DNA of 64,000 nt, taken from assembly GCA_903884005.1 (NCBI GenBank), contig CAISDA010000072.1, forward strand, positions 95,522 through 159,521, read 5' to 3'. Position 1 is the first letter of the stretch; each line of letters begins with the position of its first letter. Below, piece after piece: positions 9,653 through 18,514 of the stretch. This stretch comes from an uncultured Ignavibacteriota bacterium (GTDB lineage Bacteria > Bacteroidota > Ignavibacteria > UBA10030 > UBA8401). Under the pieces are notes generated by a model. That model was not told the origin of the DNA. It worked only from the letters and a program-made list of their open reading frames with translations, and ran no database searches. Made by a program: the position numbers and the translations under genes.

Positions 9653-10778
9653 CGGCATCGACACGCTCCATGTCGAATTAAGCGAACGGCGCTACCCTCT
9701 CTACATCGGCGCCGGCATCCTGGATTCGTTCGGCGAATATTATCGGCAGCACCAGCTGCCGGAGACAGTCGTTGTCATCACCGATTCGCATGTGGAACGG
9801 ACATACGCCGCACAGGTGCAACGGAGCCTGAAGCGCGCCGGGTGCACCGTCTTGCTCATCGTGGTCCCGCCGGGAGAGAAGCAGAAATCGTTCGGGCGCG
9901 CCGAGGCGATCTTTGCCGAACTGCTGAGCCGCAGAATAGAACGCAGTGCGGCGATCGTTGCCGTCGGAGGCGGGGTCGTGGGAGATCTGGCGGGATTCAT
10001 TGCCGCGACATATCAGCGGGGCATCCGCTTCGTGCAGGTGCCGACGACGCTGCTGGCACAGGTAGACAGTTCGGTGGGAGGCAAGGTGGCGATCAACCAC
10101 CGGCTCGGGAAGAACATGATCGGGGCGTTCTATCAGCCCGATTTTGTCTTTGCGGACGTGCAGACATTGTCGACGCTTCCCCGGCGCGAGATCATCTGCG
10201 GACTGGGAGAAGTGATCAAATACGGCATCATCATGAACAGCGAATTTTATTATTCGGTCGCGATGCTGCATGAAAAAATACTGGCCCGCGATGCGTCTGT
10301 CCTGCAGTCGATCGTGGCTGCATGCTGCCGCATGAAGGCGGAGATCGTGGCCGGCGATGAACGGGAGCTTGGACGCAGGGCAATATTGAATTTCGGCCAC
10401 ACGATCGGACACGCGCTCGAAAAAGCAGGCGGGTATAGCACACTGAAACATGGCGAAGGTGTGCTGCTGGGGATGCTAGCCGAAGCGTGGATAGCCGTGA
10501 AGCTGGGCGCACTGCCGCAGCATTCGTTCGACGTGTTGAAGGAAGACATTGCGGATATCCCCCTGCCGCGCCTGGACGAATTTTCCTTCGTATTCGACGA
10601 GCTGTACGCGACGATGCTCATAGACAAAAAGGCGAAGGCGGGAGAAGTGAGGATGGTGCTTCCAACGGATATCGGAGCTGTCACGCTGCCCCAGCCGGTG
10701 GGGAAAAAATTGCTGCGCGGGGCAATTGCATTTTTGCAAGGCTACTGCAAAAGCCGGTCTGCCAAAAGTTCCGCATAA
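9612..10778 (+). CDS. aroB: 3-dehydroquinate synthase
   Basis: 388 aa. Gly-rich NAD site VAVGGGVVGDLAGF, metal-binding HGH region (NFGHTIGHALE..HGEGV). Overlaps the aroK 3' end by 41 nt. Confidence 0.85.
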   Translation: MNSPNTSAASSKHDGIDTLHVELSERRYPLYIGAGILDSFGEYYRQHQLPETVVVITDSHVERTYAAQVQRSLKRAGCTVLLIVVPPGEKQKSFGRAEAIFAELLSRRIERSAAIVAVGGGVVGDLAGFIAATYQRGIRFVQVPTTLLAQVDSSVGGKVAINHRLGKNMIGAFYQPDFVFADVQTLSTLPRREIICGLGEVIKYGIIMNSEFYYSVAMLHEKILARDASVLQSIVAACCRMKAEIVAGDERELGRRAILNFGHTIGHALEKAGGYSTLKHGEGVLLGMLAEAWIAVKLGALPQHSFDVLKEDIADIPLPRLDEFSFVFDELYATMLIDKKAKAGEVRMVLPTDIGAVTLPQPVGKKLLRGAIAFLQGYCKSRSAKSSA

Positions 10779-10798
10779 GCAATGAACAACGGCAAGTA

Positions 10799-10884
10799 TG
10801 AATTACATGCTGCCTGTATCGACCACTGTTTTAGATCCTTCGCTTCGCTCAGGATGACAATGATTTTGGTGCACACTGAGTAGC
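10799..10884 (+). repeat. intergenic repeat family 1, copy A (86 bp; core TAGATCCTTCGCTTCGCTCAGGATGACA, ends GGTGCACACTGAGTAG)
   Basis: About 93% identical to 38870-38955. Both spurious ORF-track peptides spanning the copies end in ...SVHQN[HY]CHPERSEGSK.V.DTGS but have unrelated N-termini. Confidence 0.6.
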
Positions 10885-10928
10885 GCGCTCCGTTCGCCGA
10901 CGGCAAATTTTTTTCTCGAAGTAACTGG

Positions 10929-11010
10929 CTGCCGTTGCATCGGTGCGCATGCAGGGCGAGATGGTATCTCGCCCGCTCGAGCGAAGCGGCGCACGTTTTT
11001 GTGAGTTACT
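10929..11010 (+). repeat. intergenic repeat family 2, copy A (about 82 bp) with perfect hairpin GGGCGAGAT-ggt-ATCTCGCCC (10965-10985) and downstream T-run
   Basis: About 80% identical to 58213-58296 (GAAGTAAC...GTTGCATyGGTGCG..GGGCGAGATGkTATCTCGCCC..AGCGnGAAGCGGyGC..TTTTT). Directly abuts family-1 copy A. Confidence 0.55.
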
Positions 11011-11027
11011 CAGGAGTTACGGTCGCA

Positions 11028-13529
11028 TTACAATTGCACCGAGAACCCGAGCGCAGGGAATATCGGCAATCCGTTCGTAACGCGCTGCTTCAACGCCCCG
11101 CTGTCGTCGATAAAATAATTGATCTGCTGCTGATTCGAATGGTTGTAGATGTTTGTGACATCCAGATAGACAGACCACTGCTGCCCCCACCATTGCGGAT
11201 AGGTCGTCACGCGCACATCGAGCGCATGATAGAGCGACAACCGTCCCGAGTATTGATCCACTTCGTAGTCCACATCCAGGATCACTTTCCCCTGAGCATC
11301 CGTCAGAATCGATGCCGACTGAACGCCGTTGAGTGTCTCGATGCGCAGGCGCGGCTTCACACCGATTGCCTGCGCGAACGGCCGGCCTGATCGGAGCGTG
11401 AAATTTGCACCGAGTTCCCACCGGTCGGCAAACTTGTACGATGCCACAATATTCACTGCATGACGCTGGTCGAAGAGAAACGGCGTGACCAGTCCGTGCC
11501 TGTCGCGGTCGGCATACGAGAGCGCGTAGCTGATCCATCCCGATAGTTTATCGCCGGCAGTGAGGTAGAGTTTTTGCAGCATCACTTCGAATCCGTAGGA
11601 GCGGCCAGAGGCATCGTTCACCGGCGTGGTCGTGAGCGAATCGCGCATCGTCTGAACCGGAGGCGTCCATCCGGCTGGTGACAAGACGGAAATGTTCGTA
11701 CCTCCGGCGGTCCACATCATGCCCTGCAATTTCTGCGGCACGATAACATTCGTGAACCGCTTATAATACGATTCGGCCTTGATCTGCCATTCGGCAGACA
11801 CCATGCGTTCGATGCCGGCAATGAAGTGGTCGGCGCGCTCGGCGCGGAGACCGCTCATTGTTTCGTTTGTAAAATCCAACGCGGCGCGGTTGTCCTGTTT
11901 TTCCATGCCCGGAGACTGGTAATACGTACCGACCGCGGCGCGCAGCGTCGTGAGCGGATCCACGACGTACGACGCGGCAAGTCTCGGCGCGAGGTACGAG
12001 CGGTTCAATATTTCATACCGGTCGAAACGAAGTCCGGGCTGTATGAAGAGAGTCGGGAACACCCTGTAGCGGTCCTGAAGGAACAGGTTCCACCGCGTAT
12101 ACGAGAGCGTGGAGGCAAGATCGTGAGGCAGCGCCTGGCCTCGGGAAAGAAGAAGATTTTTAAACACCTCGTCGAGGCGGAAATACCGGATGCGTTCGGT
12201 CGTCAAGCGGTCGATGCCTCCTCCGGTCTCGATGGAGTGATCGCCCGCCGAAACGGAAAAATTTTCCTGGACCGTGACCTTCGTGTATGTGTAGTCGTAG
12301 TCGACGCCAAATGCGAAGAAGCGAAGACCGAGCGTATCGGACCGCGATCGGTCGCCGCTATTCTGGGAGGGATCAATGAAGGAACCATCGAACGCGCCCG
12401 CGCCGCTGTTGCGGTACCACGAGAGCCGCGTCTGCGCGACGACCGACGAAGACGGCGTGTATTGCCACGTCATTCCGGCCAGCGTGTTATACGCCTCGTC
12501 GAGGAATGACACACTGTCGGGCCTGTTTCTGTCCGTGCCGGAAGTGAGTTGGGCGCCGTCGCGCGAACTGATGCCGGTCACGAGCAGTTTATTCTTGTCG
12601 TTGATCGGGAATACGATTTTCGCCTGAACGTCACGGAAATTCGGCAATGCGACATCGCCTTCAACGACTTTCGTTTGTTTCAAAAACGGGGCGAGGATGA
12701 GATCGTAGTACGTGCGCCGCGCTGAAATGAGCCACGACCCGCCTGTCGGCAGGGCCCCCTCGAGAATAATGTTTGCGTTGGTGAGGCTCGAATTCATTTT
12801 ACCGTGGAGCGGGCGATCCGACGCTCCTTCCCGATTGCGGACATCGAGCACGGCCGAGAGCCTGTCTCCGTATTTCGCGCCGAAGCCTCCCGTTTCAAGG
12901 CTGATCTCGCTGACTGTTTCGGGATTGAACATTGAAATAAATCCGTAGAGCCTGTATGGATTGATCACTTCAAAACCGTCGATGGCGATGAAATTCTGGT
13001 CGGGCCCCGATCCCCTGATGACGAGCTGTGAAGAGAAATCGTTCACGCTGAGCACACCGGGGAGCGAGCGCAGTGAACGGAGCACATCCTCGGCAGCGCC
13101 GGGTAGATATTTCGCTTCACGCGGGGTCATGCTCACGACGCTCGGCCGCATATCCTCTGCCGCGCGCCGCCGGGATGCAGTCACTTCGACCGTGTTCATC
13201 TCGACCGCCGCAAAACGCATCGTGATGTCGAGGCGTGTGCGTTTCCCTATCGAGACCGCGGCGTCCGGCACAGACTGCTGTTGATAGCCGATGAGCCTCG
13301 CGAGAATATGGTACGTCCCGGCGGGAACGTTGTCGATGACGAAGCGTCCCTGCGCATCGGTCGTTGTGCCGAGTTTGGTTCCATCAACGATCACCGTCGC
13401 ACCCGCGGCCGCTCCGTCGGGAATGCGGACAGTGCCCTCGATCGAACCGCGATCCGATTCCGCTGCCGCAGCGGCGTATGGCGGAATAAGGGAAAGGAGA
13501 CATAGTAATGCTGAAAGACAATACGTCAT
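11028..13529 (-). CDS. TonB-dependent outer membrane receptor with N-terminal carboxypeptidase-regulatory-like domain
   Basis: 833 aa. Signal peptide; CarboxypepD_reg-like GTVRIPDGAAAGATVIVDGTKLGTTTDAQGRFVIDNVPAGTYHILARLIGY; plug motifs (TonB box-like EVTASRR, IRGSGPDQN..IDGFEV); long beta-barrel. Confidence 0.85.
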   Translation of the reverse strand: MTYCLSALLCLLSLIPPYAAAAAESDRGSIEGTVRIPDGAAAGATVIVDGTKLGTTTDAQGRFVIDNVPAGTYHILARLIGYQQQSVPDAAVSIGKRTRLDITMRFAAVEMNTVEVTASRRRAAEDMRPSVVSMTPREAKYLPGAAEDVLRSLRSLPGVLSVNDFSSQLVIRGSGPDQNFIAIDGFEVINPYRLYGFISMFNPETVSEISLETGGFGAKYGDRLSAVLDVRNREGASDRPLHGKMNSSLTNANIILEGALPTGGSWLISARRTYYDLILAPFLKQTKVVEGDVALPNFRDVQAKIVFPINDKNKLLVTGISSRDGAQLTSGTDRNRPDSVSFLDEAYNTLAGMTWQYTPSSSVVAQTRLSWYRNSGAGAFDGSFIDPSQNSGDRSRSDTLGLRFFAFGVDYDYTYTKVTVQENFSVSAGDHSIETGGGIDRLTTERIRYFRLDEVFKNLLLSRGQALPHDLASTLSYTRWNLFLQDRYRVFPTLFIQPGLRFDRYEILNRSYLAPRLAASYVVDPLTTLRAAVGTYYQSPGMEKQDNRAALDFTNETMSGLRAERADHFIAGIERMVSAEWQIKAESYYKRFTNVIVPQKLQGMMWTAGGTNISVLSPAGWTPPVQTMRDSLTTTPVNDASGRSYGFEVMLQKLYLTAGDKLSGWISYALSYADRDRHGLVTPFLFDQRHAVNIVASYKFADRWELGANFTLRSGRPFAQAIGVKPRLRIETLNGVQSASILTDAQGKVILDVDYEVDQYSGRLSLYHALDVRVTTYPQWWGQQWSVYLDVTNIYNHSNQQQINYFIDDSGALKQRVTNGLPIFPALGFSVQL

Positions 13530-13780
13530 TGGATGCCGAAAGTGCTAAAGGTGTCAACCCTTCGGGGTTGTACTATTTGTGTAACGACGACAGTAGTGTA
13601 CACCGCTTCGCGGTGTGGGCAAGAAACCATTTCGCCCTCCAACGAGCGGTGCCAAAGAATGTAATATAGGAACAAATACGTTCGAACGAAAATTCAGACA
13701 GCTCGTTTTTTCACTTGCATTCAACACAATTGTTTACAATCTTTTGAGCTGCGTTATCTTTCCATTGAAAGGCCTCAACG

Positions 13781-15067
13781 ATGAACACCCTGTTTGCATA
13801 CCTCCGGCGATTCCGCGAGAAAAAAATATACGTGCCAGGCATTGGCGGCGTACTGCTGCTTGCAGTGATCATTGCCTATGCCGTTCCCGATACACTCTCC
13901 GTCGCGTCGACAGCGGCGAAGCGGAGCGATTTTTCGGTGAGCATCTCGGTTAGCGGCGAGATCCGGGCAGCCAATTCCGTCACATTGACAACGCCGCGCA
14001 CGCGCGCCGGACAATTGCAGATCGTCTACCTGGTCCCCGAGGGCACAACCGTGAAAACCGGGGAAGACGTGATCCGCTTCGCGACAACGGACGTGGACAA
14101 GCAGATCTCGGATAAGGAAAACGATTTGAGTATTGCGCAATCGGATTACGAAAAAATGGTCGCCGATCAGGCATACCGCAATTCGGATCAGGACGCGTCG
14201 CTGACAAATGCGGAGCTGACGTACGATCAGGCGAAGCTGCAGGTCGAAAAAATGAAATTCGAATCCGATGTGGCGCGGAAGGAAGCGGACATCAGTCTTC
14301 AAAAGAGCGGCATAGCCTGGGAGCAGACAAAGAAAAAAATCGCCACACAGGTGATCGTGGACAGGACGGAAACGAGCAAGTTCATGCTGCGTATTCACCA
14401 GATCGAATCGGATATCAAACGCGCCAACGAGGAGAAGGTCCTCTACGCAATGACGGCGCCGATCCCCGGCCTCGTCGTCTACGAGATCAATTGGAACACG
14501 GGGAGGAAAGTTTCGGTCGGCAATACGCCGTGGCCGGGTATGTCGCTGGTGAGCCTTCCCGACTTGTCGCAGATGCAGGTCGTGACGAACATCAACGAAG
14601 TGGACATCAGCAAGGTCAACAAAGGACAGCCAGTGAAGATCACGCTCGACGCCTTTCCCGAAAAGCGCTTCGCAGGAACCATCGCAGAGGTGGGCACCAT
14701 CGGCCAGCAAAAGAACCAGGCATCGAATCTGAAAACTTTCGAAGTGATACTGACGATCAACGGCACCGATCCGATCCTGAAGCCGGGGATGACCACCGGG
14801 AATGAGATCATCATCGAAACGATCCCAGGAGCGGTGTCCGTTCCCATCGAATCGGTCTTTGAAAAAGACGGCAGGACCGTTGTGTATGCGATGAACGGCA
14901 GGCATCCCCGGGCTCAGGAGGTAACGCTCGGAGTGAAGAACAGCAACTATATCATCATCCAAAACGGAGTGCGCGAAGGCGACATGGTGGCGCTGCGCGA
15001 TCCGACCGTGAAAGAACCAACGGCGGGCGATAAGCGCTCCGGCGCGCAGAAAGAGAAGAAGCCGTGA
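13781..15067 (+). CDS. efflux periplasmic adaptor (HlyD/MacA family membrane fusion protein)
   Basis: N-terminal TM anchor, long coiled-coil region, beta-barrel/MP domains (…KGQPVKITLDAFPEKRFAGTIAEVG…). Its stop overlaps the start of the next gene. Confidence 0.8.
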   Translation: MNTLFAYLRRFREKKIYVPGIGGVLLLAVIIAYAVPDTLSVASTAAKRSDFSVSISVSGEIRAANSVTLTTPRTRAGQLQIVYLVPEGTTVKTGEDVIRFATTDVDKQISDKENDLSIAQSDYEKMVADQAYRNSDQDASLTNAELTYDQAKLQVEKMKFESDVARKEADISLQKSGIAWEQTKKKIATQVIVDRTETSKFMLRIHQIESDIKRANEEKVLYAMTAPIPGLVVYEINWNTGRKVSVGNTPWPGMSLVSLPDLSQMQVVTNINEVDISKVNKGQPVKITLDAFPEKRFAGTIAEVGTIGQQKNQASNLKTFEVILTINGTDPILKPGMTTGNEIIIETIPGAVSVPIESVFEKDGRTVVYAMNGRHPRAQEVTLGVKNSNYIIIQNGVREGDMVALRDPTVKEPTAGDKRSGAQKEKKP

Positions 15068-16362
15068 ACATCCCTCAGAACATCGCCGTCGGCATGGCGG
15101 GATTGTTGACGCACAAGCTGCGCTCTTTACTGACCGCGCTGGGGATCATTTTCGGTGTCGCGGCGGTGATCGCGATGCTGTCCATCGGCGAGGGAGCGCG
15201 GCAGGAAGCGCTGGAACAGATACAATTGATGGGCGTCAATAACGTCATCATCCGGGCGAAGGAGCCGAGCCAGCAGAGTTTCGGCAAGGCCAAGGCGAAT
15301 TTCTCGCCGGGGCTGGACATGCGCGACTGCGATGCGCTGCGCGAGATTTGTCCATTCGTGCAGGTGGTCGTGCCGCAATGGGAAAAGACGACGCCGGTGC
15401 TCTACAAGAGCGCGCGGAACGACGCGAAGATCGTCGGCACGACGCCCGAATTCCTGGAGGCATTCAATTACCGCATACAAAACGGCACATTCATCCTTCA
15501 GCATCACGTCGCCACGCAGGAAAATGTGTGCGTCATCGGCGGGGATGTCAAGGACGCGCTCTTTCAATTTGAAAATCCGATCGACAAGCGGGTCAAGATA
15601 GACAATCTGTGGTTCACCGTGATCGGCGTCATGGACCGCCGCGCCGCGCCGGGAAAAAAGACAGAGGCGGTCACCGTCCGAAATTTAAATATGGATGTTT
15701 ATATCCCTTTGACCACGGCGCAGTTGAAACTGTCGCACACGAAGAGCCAGGTCAACCACGTCACGGTCATGGTCAACGGCATCGATCAGAACCCCGACCT
15801 GACGCCGCCCGAACCGCCGATCAACCAGTTGGCGGTGAAAGTCGACGCAACATCGGATCTCGCAGAGGCTTCGGGCATCATCCGCCGCATCATGGAGCGG
15901 CGGCATTACGGTGTGGATGATTATGAGATCATTGTGCCCGAGGCGCTTGTGGAGCAGAGCCAGCAGACGCAGCGGATATTCAACATCGTCATGGGAGCCA
16001 TTGCCGGCATTTCGCTTCTTGTGGGCGGCATCGGGATCATGAACATCATGCTTGCTTCCGTCATGGAGCGCACGAAGGAGATCGGGATACGGCGCGCCAT
16101 CGGCGCCACACGCGCCGATGTGCTCGGGCAATTTCTCTTTGAAGCAATTTTTCTGAGCATTGTGGGCGGGATCGCGGGAATCGTCCTGGGCTATGCGCTC
16201 ACGGTCGGCATCACGATGTATGCCGATTGGAAAACCGTCGTCTCCGTGCCCGCGGTGCTCATCTCGTTCACGGTGTCTGCGCTTGTCGGGATCGCCTTCG
16301 GGTATTATCCCGCACGGAAAGCCGCCTATCAGAATCCCATAGAGTCGCTCCGGTACGAATAA
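15064..16362 (+). CDS. ABC-type efflux permease, MacB-like (MacB_PCD + FtsX domains); no NBD in cis
   Basis: 432 aa. N-terminal TM LRSLLTALGIIFGVAAVIAMLSIGEG; periplasmic core domain; C-terminal FtsX 4-TM bundle (…GIMNIMLASVMERTKEIGIRRAIGAT…). Confidence 0.8.
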   Translation: MNIPQNIAVGMAGLLTHKLRSLLTALGIIFGVAAVIAMLSIGEGARQEALEQIQLMGVNNVIIRAKEPSQQSFGKAKANFSPGLDMRDCDALREICPFVQVVVPQWEKTTPVLYKSARNDAKIVGTTPEFLEAFNYRIQNGTFILQHHVATQENVCVIGGDVKDALFQFENPIDKRVKIDNLWFTVIGVMDRRAAPGKKTEAVTVRNLNMDVYIPLTTAQLKLSHTKSQVNHVTVMVNGIDQNPDLTPPEPPINQLAVKVDATSDLAEASGIIRRIMERRHYGVDDYEIIVPEALVEQSQQTQRIFNIVMGAIAGISLLVGGIGIMNIMLASVMERTKEIGIRRAIGATRADVLGQFLFEAIFLSIVGGIAGIVLGYALTVGITMYADWKTVVSVPAVLISFTVSALVGIAFGYYPARKAAYQNPIESLRYE

Positions 16363-17880
16363 ATGAACAGCTCTCCATACCCCATTTGCCTGATCTCCAT
16401 GAAGCATTCCCTACCCTTGGCAGTATACATGATCTTCACCTGGACACACGCTGTACAGGGACAATCCGCGTTGACGCTCGATGCGTGCATCAAGCGGTCG
16501 ATGACACGCGGGTACGCCGTACAGAACGCGTCGTTTCAATACCGCGCATCCAAACACGCGTATGAGGCGGCGCGGCGGAAGCTCCGCACATCGGTCGCGG
16601 TTTCGCTCGACATTCCAAACTACCAGGAGTCGCTCTCGAATCAATTCGATCCGCTGCTGCAGCAGTACAAGTATTACGAATTGACGACGACACGCATGCA
16701 GGGAACGCTCACGATCACACAGCCGATCCTCGCTACGGGCGGATCATTGAGCATCAGCGATTACGTCTTCGGACGCGACCAGACCCGCGGGAATAGCGGC
16801 TCGGCGAGCGGGAAGGATTATTTCAACAATGTGCTGGTGGAATACAAACAGCCGCTCTTCACGACAAATCTGCTGCGGCTCACCAGCGAACGGAACTCCC
16901 TTGCATTCGAGCAGGCGCGGACCGATTTTGCCAAGAATCAATTGGACATCGTCTACACCGTGACGGAAAATTTTTACACCGCCTACGAGGCCGCGCAGCG
17001 CGTCGACATTGTGAAGGAGCAGGTGCGTCAGAACGAAGAATCGTATCAGACCGCCAAGCGAAAATTTGAATTCGGCCTGATCCCCGAGGTCGAGGCGCTG
17101 CAGTCGGAAGTGGATCTGGCGGGCAGCCAGAACGATCTCTTGAACGCGTCGCGCGAGGTGGAACGGGCGAAGAATGCGCTGCGGATGCTCATGGGAATGC
17201 CGCTGACCGAAGCGCTGGAACTCTCAGCAGTGATGACGTTCACGCCGATACGGATCGACAGCGCGCGCGTGATGGAAACCGCATTGGCGAACCGCGCAGA
17301 AGTACTGTCCGCCGCCCGGTCCATACAGCAGCGCACACTCGACATCGATGCGGCAAAGGCCCGTAGCGAATTCCGCGTCGATGTGGCTGCGACATTCGGC
17401 TACAACAAGTCGGCAACCGATCCGAACGACCTTCTGGACAACTATGCGCGGTCGCGAAGCGCGGCGCTCAGCGTGTCCATGCCGCTCTTCGACTGGGGGG
17501 CGCATTCGTATGACGTACAGGCGGCGGAAGTGCAATACGAGAGTGCTCTTGCGACACGGGAGTATGTGCTGAACCAGGTGCGCCAGGAGATCCTGGACCT
17601 GCTCGGGCGCATCAGCGCCGCCGAATCGAGGATCGGCGTACTTCAAAAGAATGTGGCCGTGGCGCAAAAAGGGTATGATATCAGCATCGAACGATTCCGC
17701 ACCGGCACCATCAGCCGGAATGATCTTGCGCAGGCGCAGCAGCGGCTGACCGCGACGAAGATAAACAGCCTCAGCGCGCTCATCGATTATCAGCTTGGCG
17801 TAGCAGACCTGAAACGCAAGACCCTCTTTGATTTCGAACGGCAGGAACCTGTTGCGCCGGTGACAGACACCGGCGAGTAG
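16363..17880 (+). CDS. TolC-family outer membrane efflux protein
   Basis: 505 aa. Signal peptide, two OEP repeats with the characteristic coiled-coil/Q-rich pattern. Start codon immediately follows the permease stop. Confidence 0.8.
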   Translation: MNSSPYPICLISMKHSLPLAVYMIFTWTHAVQGQSALTLDACIKRSMTRGYAVQNASFQYRASKHAYEAARRKLRTSVAVSLDIPNYQESLSNQFDPLLQQYKYYELTTTRMQGTLTITQPILATGGSLSISDYVFGRDQTRGNSGSASGKDYFNNVLVEYKQPLFTTNLLRLTSERNSLAFEQARTDFAKNQLDIVYTVTENFYTAYEAAQRVDIVKEQVRQNEESYQTAKRKFEFGLIPEVEALQSEVDLAGSQNDLLNASREVERAKNALRMLMGMPLTEALELSAVMTFTPIRIDSARVMETALANRAEVLSAARSIQQRTLDIDAAKARSEFRVDVAATFGYNKSATDPNDLLDNYARSRSAALSVSMPLFDWGAHSYDVQAAEVQYESALATREYVLNQVRQEILDLLGRISAAESRIGVLQKNVAVAQKGYDISIERFRTGTISRNDLAQAQQRLTATKINSLSALIDYQLGVADLKRKTLFDFERQEPVAPVTDTGE

Positions 17881-17983
17881 GAGGCCGGCAGCGCGGCACG
17901 CGGCGGTCGATTCGCCCTTTACATTGCAGAGGTAAAACACTATATTTGGAATACTTATTTTATTAACTGGAGAGCGAGCAGTC

Positions 17984-18454
17984 ATGAAAATCAGCGATAT
18001 CCTCGATGAAACGCGTATTCTCACCAACATGGAGGGTGATTCAAAGTCCGACGTCATCAACTCTTTAATTGATCTGGTTGCCGTGTCGCCCAAAGTGCTC
18101 GACAAGGAAAAAGTGAAAGAGGCGATCTTCGAGCGTGAAAAGATCATGTCGACCGGCGTCGGCAACGGATTCGCCATCCCGCACGGCAAGACCGATGCGG
18201 TGTCGGATATTGTCGCGGCATTTGCGGTAACAAAAAAACCCATCGATTACGAAGCGCTTGACGAACAGCCCGTCCGTTTAATCTTCCTGCTCATCGGCAA
18301 GGCCAACATGGTCGGGCCCCACATCAAGCTGTTGAGCAGAATTTCACGGCTGATGAACAAGGAAGAATTTCGAAAAAAATTGCTCGAGGCAGCCGAACCG
18401 AAAGACGTGATGGAAATTTTTAGAACCGAAGAAGCGGCGTGTTTAGACAACTAG
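17984..18454 (+). CDS. ptsN: PTS EIIA (fructose/nitrogen type), PtsN-like regulatory protein
   Basis: 156 aa; EIIA-2 motif with active His: GVGNGFAIPHGK. Confidence 0.75.
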   Translation: MKISDILDETRILTNMEGDSKSDVINSLIDLVAVSPKVLDKEKVKEAIFEREKIMSTGVGNGFAIPHGKTDAVSDIVAAFAVTKKPIDYEALDEQPVRLIFLLIGKANMVGPHIKLLSRISRLMNKEEFRKKLLEAAEPKDVMEIFRTEEAACLDN

Positions 18455-18514
18455 GCGGAGAAGGATCATCTTCCGTTCTTCAACGCCGCCACCCCCACCA
18501 CCAGAATATTTTCC

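Noticed and set aside
10803-10994. ORF-track small ORFs 10803-10994 (-) and 38874-39083 (-) sharing a C-terminal …SVHQN[HY]CHPERSEGSK.V.DTGS peptide
   Set aside because: The shared peptide is the translation of repeat family 1. The N-terminal portions are unrelated, so the conservation is at the DNA level, not the protein level.
13530-13780. Possible riboswitch in the 250-bp leader between the TonB receptor and the efflux operon (contains GTCAACCCTTCGGGGTTG hairpin)
   Set aside because: I could not match it to cobalamin, TPP or other riboswitch consensus elements by eye. It is left as an unclassified structured leader pending a cmscan.
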